A stretch of 64,000 nt of DNA, from contig NMRA01000032.1 in NCBI GenBank assembly GCA_002633005.1, positions 1,096,911-1,160,910 of the forward strand, in the 5' to 3' direction. Under the pieces are notes generated by a model. The model was not told the DNA's origin. It ran no database searches and was given only the letters and a program-made list of their open reading frames with translations. This stretch comes from Phoronis australis. Its lineage: Eukaryota > Animalia > Phoronida. A program made the position numbers and the translations under genes. Positions 62,901-64,000 of this stretch are shown piece by piece (positions within the stretch are counted from its first letter, which is position 1; each line of letters opens with the position of its first letter).

Positions 62901-63827
62901 GCTTGTGGCAGAAACTATTGGATGATCACCGCAACTTGTGCGACTGGCTTAAAGATATGGAGAAACAGGTCCAGGGTCCAAAGTCGGATAACATCAGCTT
63001 GGACGAGACGAGACAACTGATTAAAAAAGTCGAGGTGAGCTGCAGCTTGTATATGCTATGTAGTGGTTGGCGTGTGAAAGACAGCTTCCTGGGGGAATAA
63101 CTTGAAGATCCTATTTGGAGCATTCTTTAATCTGTTCTGTTATGTCTATGTTACTCTCATTTTGTTGATGCATTGCTGGTAGTTTTGTTTTACCGTGCCA
63201 TGCTCCATGCAACCATGGTAAGAAGGTGGGGAGTGGTCAAAATTCAGTCTTGCACCATTTCATATTATATAGGATGAACTCTCATCTTTTCTATGGTTGT
63301 TAGTGCATTGCATTCGACACACTTGGTGGTGTGGTTCTAACATTCGTACCATTTCGGAATTTATTTTGTATTGTGAGGAGATTTTATGTTTATTTTGTTA
63401 ATTCATTGTATAATATTTTACGTTGCATGTTTGTAATATCTTACGCTTCTGTTTGATGTGGTACAAATGTAACAAATACAATCATGCTTGTTTGTTGCTT
63501 CTCCAGGTGGCGCAGCGAAAAGTTCACGAGCGACTATCTCAGCTGGAGCTCATCAACAAACAGTACCGGAAGTTGGCACGTGAAGGACGCACTGACACGT
63601 CTAACATCCTGAAACAGCACGTGCAGGACGTGAACAATTTGTGGGACAAGGTATCAACGTACGCATCAACCGTACTGCGTCGCCTCAAACATTCACTGCA
63701 GATGGTGGAGGACTTCCATACGGTGCGAGAAGCTCAGCTGGTCTGGTTTACTGAGCTAGACCTTCAGCTGACTAACGTGGAGCATTTTTCAAACATGACT
63801 ACATCGGAGCAGGCGGCTCATTTGAAG
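67..63827 (+). CDS. SYNE1: Nesprin-1/SYNE1 (Msp300)-like giant spectrin-repeat protein, partial gene model: 56 exons in window, about 5,018 aa, both ends outside window
   Basis: Phase-consistent GT-AG exons encoding helical spectrin repeats with the conserved Trp. Recognisable nesprin-1 blocks: EKWILQTSFKLISHN; SSGVASVLNLCEVLLHD...LDKRWKNICAMSMERRL; IEETWRLWQK; LELINKQYRKLARE.RTD; LDLQLTNVEHFS. Confidence 0.93.
388..622 (-). repeat. Dispersed repeat family A (probable non-autonomous DNA element), copy 1; ends approximate
   Basis: Reverse complement shares aatttagga.acaatatggccgacaa and tttttgaaaaa...gtggg.attc with 23058-23255 and 28605-28825. Confidence 0.55.
918..1409 (+). CDS. SYNE1: nesprin exon 2 (EMVGELN...VDLQ)
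   Basis: cttacag|GAA acceptor, CAG|gtcagt donor; spectrin repeats. Confidence 0.92.
1783..1935 (+). CDS. SYNE1: nesprin exon 3 (LLKQEIGSQK...SATAK)
   Basis: polyT-ctag|CTG acceptor, AAG|gtgaga donor; open frame. Confidence 0.9.
2187..2322. mobile_element. Small imperfect palindromic MITE (PIF/Harbinger-like termini)
   Basis: ggccc..gattcact / agtgaatcaagggc and gattggtt / aaccaatc inverted pairs, flanked by tta/taa. Confidence 0.45.
2508..2519 (+). CDS. candidate 12-nt in-frame microexon (TSFK)
   Basis: tttacag|ACGTCTTTCAAA|gtgagt; phase 0-0; TGCATG at 2565, 2581 and 2753. Confidence 0.65.
3355..3540 (+). repeat. Degenerate (TTTCACAT)n low-complexity tandem repeat
   Basis: Repeated tttcacat/ttcacat/tttacat units just upstream of exon 4. 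Confidence 0.7.
3569..3733 (+). CDS. SYNE1: nesprin exon 4 (DATARLDQ...TNVK)
   Basis: ccttcag|GAT acceptor, AAG|gtaaaa donor. Confidence 0.9.
4299..4495 (+). CDS. SYNE1: nesprin exon 5 (EISASLETG...GCLT), phase 0-2
   Basis: tgtttcag|GAA acceptor, AA|gttagt donor; phase matches exon 6. Confidence 0.9.
4517..4667. mobile_element. Tc1/mariner-type MITE
   Basis: TA|CAGTAAAACTGGCATAAG ... CTTAAGCGAGTTTTACTG|TA terminal inverted repeats with TA flanks. Confidence 0.7.
5040..5322 (+). CDS. SYNE1: nesprin exon 6 (WNAYEECHGQ...KTKCT), phase 2-0
   Basis: tgcgtag|A acceptor, ACT|gtaagt donor. Confidence 0.9.
5873..6040 (+). CDS. SYNE1: nesprin exon 7 (RHLEVLE...AEKWILQTSFKLISHN...KHN)
   Basis: ttgtag|AGA acceptor, AAT|gtaagt donor; motif resembles Msp300/nesprin-1 EKWLLQ.S. 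Confidence 0.92.
6639..6815 (+). CDS. SYNE1: nesprin exon 8 (SLIKDIQNH...AEQIR)
   Basis: ttttag|TCT acceptor, AGG|gtgagt donor. Confidence 0.92.
8205..8366 (+). CDS. SYNE1: nesprin exon 9 (GRLEEILTRW...TELQ)
   Basis: ctccag|GGT acceptor, CAG|gtaagg donor. Confidence 0.9.
8880..9050 (+). CDS. SYNE1: nesprin exon 10 (ELLKKLRAKK...DIEQ)
   Basis: caacag|GAG acceptor, CAG|gttagt donor. Confidence 0.88.
9522..9698 (+). CDS. SYNE1: nesprin exon 11 (VENLLDDLK...NQCR)
   Basis: cttcag|GTT acceptor, AGG|gtaggg donor. Confidence 0.9.
10127..10432 (+). CDS. SYNE1: nesprin exon 12 (DLLETIQQK...LQELK), phase-0 donor of the 14.5-kb intron
   Basis: ttctag|GAT acceptor, AAG|gtaagc donor. Confidence 0.92.
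12278..12387. mobile_element. Foldback hairpin/MITE with 10-bp flanking direct repeat (agattttatc)
   Basis: 44-bp arms ggtaatagtctgatataac...gagaaccagttt / aaactggttctc...gttatatcagactattgcc. Confidence 0.75.
12742..13252. mobile_element. TTAA-target MITE family B (Kolobok-like), copy 1
   Basis: TIRs GGTTATGTAGGACC ... GGTCCTACATAACT|TTAA; interior similar to three other copies. Confidence 0.8.
13335..13678 (+). promoter_or_regulatory. Splicing-regulatory cluster (QKI/How-type CTAAC x4 upstream, RBFOX-type TGCATG x2 downstream)
   Basis: (A)CTAAC at 13335, 13343, 13397 and 13418; TGCATG at 13579 and 13673. Confidence 0.55.
13440..13458 (+). CDS. candidate 19-nt frame-switching microexon (HTVKLE+G)
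   Basis: ctgctttag|CACACGGTGAAACTAGAAG|gttggt inside the regulatory cluster. Confidence 0.45.
15335..17278 (+). CDS. Alternative terminal exon: 647-aa Ser/Pro-rich disordered tail with about 10 TQT-type (LC8-binding) motifs
   Basis: 1.94-kb open frame in an AT-rich intron; phase-0 acceptor ctactgtacag|AGC matches the exon 12 donor; TAA stop overlaps AATAAA; two TGCATG just upstream. Confidence 0.8.
   Translation, partial: SPRTLHSLATQTPCNQSTQTGRGKSPASRVRLFKDSSTQDGNVGTRRVDSVDGAASLNRSRGSDGSPSSYFGSQKKDVSTGLMYDSDESGLGATMYSSIYAHGGRDSQQSTISGQPDSFRLNVPSLPSRNTPGSVSHDFPSLHSPLQSTRLSPSHPSTREVTFRPSVSPQPSDDIPSLSSTCPRSTMHFPEQAKASSSVLHDEGTRLSIPARSPSQPAVFQNPLNTELSHSNPAASFISNGTSLLSPSVTHRPRQATIGSETEPVCLSSNSHTQTTSPKTRDAHQQTRLQKETMSTQTRISRSSASVQTPRYKENASSQTMPDKLSPEEIQAMCQRLKARNDRMSQASSSSSGRVHISPEKIKAMRQNLKAKNDELLELRRKHNSVDTQTPYDSATQTPSHSSTQTKSSKSRALENLLSSVKDLKKDVVERTRRYENDNSSFGQLSFRQLSDDDSDLGVSELLKSSQSIRAPSVGRSPPSSHSFRSPSPARASRSPRRLPSKAERPLSPPRSLSPQRPYPSRYSPSSPLRSPGNPLSPRRPYSGLDSSFNSTLPSPYQVFKSGHQEFPPSPSPVTSPISPYPPHVLAQPPQFVSPPPPTPPVAVPIVTVPVTPVVNPVITAQPVTVLPVSHPKQMNVKHFYRVYEKK
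17274..17279 (+). terminator. AATAAA polyadenylation signal overlapping the stop codon of the alternative terminal exon
   Basis: ...AAGAAATAAAT followed by T/GT-rich sequence (ttgtttgttacttg). Confidence 0.5.
18293..19018. mobile_element. TTAA-target MITE family B (Kolobok-like), copy 2, with nested insertion
   Basis: TTAA|GGTTATGTAGGACC ... GGTCCTACATAACT|TTAA; perfect TTAA target-site duplication. Confidence 0.85.
18392..18610. mobile_element. Nested MITE family C (CAGGGCTTG termini)
   Basis: CAGGGCTTG...CAAGTACTG flanked by a caaata repeat; 3' end matches 31551-31577; accounts for the extra length of copy 2 of family B. Confidence 0.65.
22587..22622 (+). CDS. Candidate internal alternative first coding exon (MKRCTCLLCFPK)
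   Basis: ggaATG start, in-frame upstream TAA at 22569, strong phase-0 donor AAG|gtaagg, in frame with exon 13. Confidence 0.55.
23058..23255 (+). repeat. Dispersed repeat family A, copy 2
   Basis: aatttaggacacaatatggccgacaa shared with 388-622 (reverse strand). Confidence 0.55.
23918..23982. repeat. (AT)n microsatellite
   Basis: About 32 perfect AT units. Confidence 0.98.
24914..25032 (+). CDS. SYNE1: nesprin exon 13 (RLSSSIEDEG...EDFI), phase 0-2
   Basis: gttttcag|AGA acceptor, AA|gtacga donor; phase matches exon 14. Confidence 0.88.
25663..25751. repeat. (CACC)/(CA) microsatellite
   Basis: cacacccacccacacacc tract. Confidence 0.9.
25987..26194 (+). CDS. SYNE1: nesprin exon 14 (NAEWRFGE...LREQQ), phase 2-0
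   Basis: tttcag|G acceptor, CAG|gtcagt donor. Confidence 0.9.
27110..27436 (+). CDS. SYNE1: nesprin exon 15 (ALCRDIDSK...QEKQK)
   Basis: catttag|GCT acceptor, AAG|gtgagg donor; 327 nt. Confidence 0.92.
28234..28354 (+). CDS. SYNE1: nesprin exon 16 (AVLSEVGLY...GKVT), phase 0-1
   Basis: ctgtag|GCT acceptor, G|gtgagt donor. Confidence 0.9.
28605..28825 (+). repeat. Dispersed repeat family A, copy 3 (diverged)
   Basis: caatatggttgacaa, gatagctacc and aaaatttgttggcattca shared with the other copies. Confidence 0.45.
28987..29192 (+). CDS. SYNE1: nesprin exon 17 (ELQERYEQ...KKHK), phase 1-0
   Basis: cattag|AA acceptor, AAG|gtagat donor. Confidence 0.9.
29617..29759 (+). CDS. SYNE1: nesprin exon 18 (GLLNAARV...NQLN), phase 0-2
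   Basis: ttccag|GGC acceptor, AG|gttagt donor. Confidence 0.9.
30407..30593 (+). CDS. SYNE1: nesprin exon 19 copy A (TRSEVSERL...ANCQ), phase 2-0
   Basis: cctcag|G acceptor, CAG|gtatga donor; near-identical to 31681-31867. Confidence 0.8.
31074..31449. other. Assembly gap (376 N)
   Basis: Run of N. Confidence 1.
31450..31577. mobile_element. 3' end of a family C MITE (ends CAAGCCCTG), absent upstream of copy A
   Basis: tttttgtcattggtcattccaagccctg matches the end of 18392-18610. Confidence 0.55.
31681..31867 (+). CDS. SYNE1: nesprin exon 19 copy B (...ANCE), probably the other allele
   Basis: Part of an about 770-bp near-identical duplicate (offset 1274) on the far side of the gap. Confidence 0.75.
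32475..32780 (+). CDS. SYNE1: nesprin exon 20 (KLQDKLVAH...LDRCK)
   Basis: tttcag|AAA acceptor, AAG|gtaaga donor. Confidence 0.92.
33479..33955 (+). CDS. SYNE1: nesprin exon 21 (AVSELLQS...ENIK)
   Basis: tactag|GCT acceptor, AAG|gtaaag donor. Confidence 0.92.
34257..34430 (+). CDS. SYNE1: nesprin exon 22 (NKLEEKADS...EQLQ)
   Basis: cttcag|AAC acceptor, CAG|gtgagg donor. Confidence 0.9.
34819..35031 (+). CDS. SYNE1: nesprin exon 23 (KFFAEEQK...WKHFQ)
   Basis: ttacag|AAA acceptor, CAG|gtatta donor. Confidence 0.9.
35571..35870 (+). CDS. SYNE1: nesprin exon 24 (EQADHLDG...QQELK)
   Basis: taatag|GAG acceptor, AAG|gtgggt donor. Confidence 0.9.
36374..36517 (+). CDS. SYNE1: nesprin exon 25 copy A (TLTTEWENY...DNIK)
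   Basis: ctgtag|ACC acceptor, AAG|gtatca donor; near-identical to 37653-37796. Confidence 0.8.
36778..37303. mobile_element. Insertion (probable DNA transposon) present only in duplicate copy A, truncated at the N
   Basis: Copy A reads ggctattaa|gagtgactcc..., copy B reads ggctattaa|tcaccg; insertion point is a TTAA. Confidence 0.55.
37653..37796 (+). CDS. SYNE1: nesprin exon 25 copy B, probably the other allele
   Basis: Part of an about 730-bp duplicate starting right after the single N at 37304. Confidence 0.75.
38208..38353 (+). CDS. SYNE1: nesprin exon 26 (KLHSDVKMG...EQYD), phase 0-2
   Basis: tcttag|AAG acceptor, AA|gtaagt donor. Confidence 0.9.
38739..39228 (+). CDS. SYNE1: nesprin exon 27 (LQDSLVQA...KDKHQ), phase 2-0
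   Basis: ttccag|A acceptor, CAG|gtaggc donor. Confidence 0.92.
39776..40102 (+). CDS. SYNE1: nesprin exon 28 (ELCDEFLAF...SAQCE)
   Basis: ttttag|GAA acceptor, GAG|gtaggg donor; 327 nt. Confidence 0.92.
40422..40727 (+). CDS. SYNE1: nesprin exon 29 (ALVSGMDEF...AAQE)
   Basis: ttacag|GCT acceptor, GAG|gtcagt donor. Confidence 0.92.
41179..41496 (+). CDS. SYNE1: nesprin exon 30 (KLMGDIQSH...MVEHN)
   Basis: ttgtag|AAA acceptor, AAT|gtatgt donor; resembles nesprin-1 YEQE...KPVATSNI. Confidence 0.92.
42772..44127 (+). CDS. SYNE1: nesprin exon 31: 452-aa, mostly disordered Ser/Pro/acidic linker with internal repeats
   Basis: tttcag|GCA acceptor, CAG|gttagg donor; starts with a spectrin helix (ALAAKIRSYQ). 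Confidence 0.88.
44596..44739 (+). CDS. SYNE1: nesprin exon 32 (SPSDISL...DLNQSWNSLQLQ)
   Basis: tttcag|TCC acceptor, CAG|gtgagg donor. Confidence 0.88.
45000..45158 (+). CDS. SYNE1: nesprin exon 33 (LGNKERELK...RNHE)
   Basis: ttccag|CTT acceptor, GAG|gtgagg donor. Confidence 0.9.
45519..45701 (+). CDS. SYNE1: nesprin exon 34 (AMMKAISG...EKLLE)
   Basis: ttatag|GCG acceptor, GAG|gttagc donor. Confidence 0.9.
46260..46421 (+). CDS. SYNE1: nesprin exon 35 (SLKKDKEQH...LENK)
   Basis: tttcag|TCA acceptor, AAG|gtattt donor. Confidence 0.88.
46759..46930 (+). CDS. SYNE1: nesprin exon 36 (ALQTEMNEQ...LENQ), phase 0-1
   Basis: tatcag|GCT acceptor, G|gtacga donor. Confidence 0.88.
47614..48440 (+). 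CDS. SYNE1: nesprin exon 37 (GKLRDAARE...WLEYQ), phase 1-0
   Basis: cattag|GC acceptor, CAG|gtgggt donor. Confidence 0.9.
48821..48919 (+). CDS. SYNE1: nesprin exon 38 (TDVQSLQSK...NSTK)
   Basis: ttccag|ACT acceptor, AAG|gttggt donor. Confidence 0.85.
49388..49531 (+). CDS. SYNE1: nesprin exon 39 (NLEQTLKVY...ELAAE)
   Basis: atgtag|AAT acceptor, GAG|gttagt donor. Confidence 0.88.
49784..50424 (+). CDS. SYNE1: nesprin exon 40 (VNEQKAAQH...HQVQ), phase 0-2
   Basis: atttag|GTC acceptor, AG|gttagt donor. Confidence 0.92.
51016..51178 (+). CDS. SYNE1: nesprin exon 41 (LENVVDLW...DKFL), phase 2-0
   Basis: taacag|C acceptor, CTG|gtaggt donor. Confidence 0.9.
51648..51974 (+). CDS. SYNE1: nesprin exon 42 (EFRKEVENQ...LQKYK)
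   Basis: caacag|GAG acceptor, AAG|gtgggt donor; contains LHSAQMDLLPSRQAL, a nesprin-1-like block. Confidence 0.92.
51996..52484. mobile_element. MITE family B, copy 3
   Basis: GGTTATGTAGGACC ... GACCTATATAACT|TTAA; shared interior (aatggcagat...aaaaagtcaaaaatc). Confidence 0.75.
53046..53372 (+). CDS. SYNE1: nesprin exon 43 (GFKIDLNNKQLTVDFVNQSVLQ...LKECK)
   Basis: tttcag|GGT acceptor, AAG|gtatgt donor; strongly nesprin-1-like. Confidence 0.95.
53757..53918 (+). CDS. SYNE1: nesprin exon 44 (SLDGLLKKK...LDHQ)
   Basis: tgatag|AGC acceptor, CAG|gtagag donor. Confidence 0.88.
54453..54623 (+). CDS. SYNE1: nesprin exon 45 (VRQLVNNL...VFKLR)
   Basis: ttgtag|GTG acceptor, AGG|gtgagt donor. Confidence 0.9.
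54987..55313 (+). CDS. SYNE1: nesprin exon 46 (GMQAEFDQH...KESL)
   Basis: tcacag|GGC acceptor, TTG|gtaact donor; 327 nt. Confidence 0.9.
55767..56399 (+). CDS. SYNE1: nesprin exon 47 (HLQEEVDDH...QKTYE)
   Basis: tttcag|CAT acceptor, GAG|gtaata donor; contains LNDIGYRL and FQQKCESWMLFL, nesprin-1-like. Confidence 0.93.
57195..57521 (+). CDS. SYNE1: nesprin exon 48 (VFQAEIYGRQQIL...LGQLK)
   Basis: gtgcag|GTC acceptor, AAG|gtaggt donor. Confidence 0.93.
57942..58085 (+). CDS. SYNE1: nesprin exon 49 (TFHKDVARH...QQWFQ)
   Basis: ttgcag|ACA acceptor, CAG|gtaaac donor. Confidence 0.9.
58408..58584 (+). CDS. SYNE1: nesprin exon 50 (VIGKVDGRR...IHKCT)
   Basis: cgttag|GTG acceptor, ACA|gtaagt donor. 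Confidence 0.9.
59027..59341 (+). CDS. SYNE1: nesprin exon 51 (EFEASFALN...QKLEK)
   Basis: tctcag|GAG acceptor, AAG|gtatgc donor; contains EWVSFNEKNKE, nesprin-1-like. Confidence 0.93.
59684..59698 (+). CDS. candidate 15-nt in-frame microexon (VVLRQ)
   Basis: ttgtgcaattcag|GTTGTTTTGAGACAG|gtaaca; phase 0-0; TGCATG at 59602 and 59718. Confidence 0.55.
60091..60632. mobile_element. MITE family B, copy 4 (diverged)
   Basis: GGTTATGCAGGAC ... CTATACATAACC|TTAA; shared interior. Confidence 0.7.
60772..60938 (+). CDS. SYNE1: nesprin exon 52 (DYKQEMKAI...LCTM), phase 0-2
   Basis: caacag|GAT acceptor, AG|gtaagg donor. Confidence 0.92.
61745..61907 (+). CDS. SYNE1: nesprin exon 53 (RLKKLQETL...KQQQ), phase 2-0
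   Basis: aactag|G acceptor, CAG|gtaggt donor; resembles nesprin-1 RVKKLKETL..SLRTWLAHIE. Confidence 0.93.
62382..62569 (+). CDS. SYNE1: nesprin exon 54 (SLQKEIEKRSSGVASVLNLCEVLLHD...MERRL), phase 0-2
   Basis: ttccag|TCA acceptor, AG|gtgatc donor; highly conserved nesprin-1/2 block. Confidence 0.95.
62884..63034 (+). CDS. SYNE1: nesprin exon 55 (IEETWRLWQK...KKVE), phase 2-0
   Basis: gtgtag|C acceptor, GAG|gtgagc donor. Confidence 0.95.
63507..63827 (+). CDS. SYNE1: nesprin exon 56 (VAQRKVHERL...AHLK)
   Basis: ctccag|GTG acceptor, AAG|gtaatc donor; contains LELINKQYRKLARE and LQLTNVEHFS. Confidence 0.95.
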
Positions 63828-63929
63828 GTAATCCCAATGGTTTGTTGTCAGTTAATAATTAAAAGTATAGTGTAGCATACTCTTATATTACCTAGTAAGT
63901 ATAAACTTCTAATGAAAATAAAAGCACTC

Positions 63930-63959
63930 GCTTTCGAGCCTGTACAGCTCTTCGTCTGG
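63930..63959 (-). other. Degenerate hammerhead-ribozyme-like motif of the kind found in Penelope-type repeats
   Basis: Minus strand CCAGACGAA-GAGC-tgtacag-GCTC-GAAAGC. Confidence 0.35.
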
Positions 63960-64000
63960 TGGTTTTAGAGACAAGTGTCTGTTGAATGAATTTTTATGGG

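Noticed and set aside
1-64000. Prokaryotic-type features (CRISPR arrays, operons), rRNA, tRNA, autonomous transposase or reverse-transcriptase ORFs
   Set aside because: None seen; the window is intron-exon sequence of a single eukaryotic gene.

Overview
AT-rich eukaryotic (invertebrate metazoan) genomic DNA from a draft, apparently heterozygous scaffold, with an N-gap at 31074-31449 and a single N at 37304. The whole window lies inside one giant + strand gene encoding a nesprin-1 (SYNE1/Msp300)-type spectrin-repeat protein. I traced 56 GT-AG exons with consistent phases (about 15,054 nt, about 5,018 aa). The N-terminal CH domains and C-terminal KASH domain fall outside the window. The most notable structure is the 14.5-kb intron 10433-24913, which appears to act as an isoform switch. 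It contains a 19-nt microexon flanked by QKI- and RBFOX-type motifs; a 1.94-kb phase-0 alternative terminal exon encoding a 647-aa disordered tail with about 10 TQT-type (LC8/dynein-light-chain-binding) motifs and its own AATAAA; and a candidate internal first exon encoding a Cys-rich peptide, MKRCTCLLCFPK, that splices in frame to the KASH-side half. Other observations: in-frame microexons of 12, 15 and 30 nt, two exon duplications that look like uncollapsed haplotypes carrying polymorphic transposons, and several MITE families. Exon numbers are local to this window. Homology statements come from recalled sequence, not from a database search.
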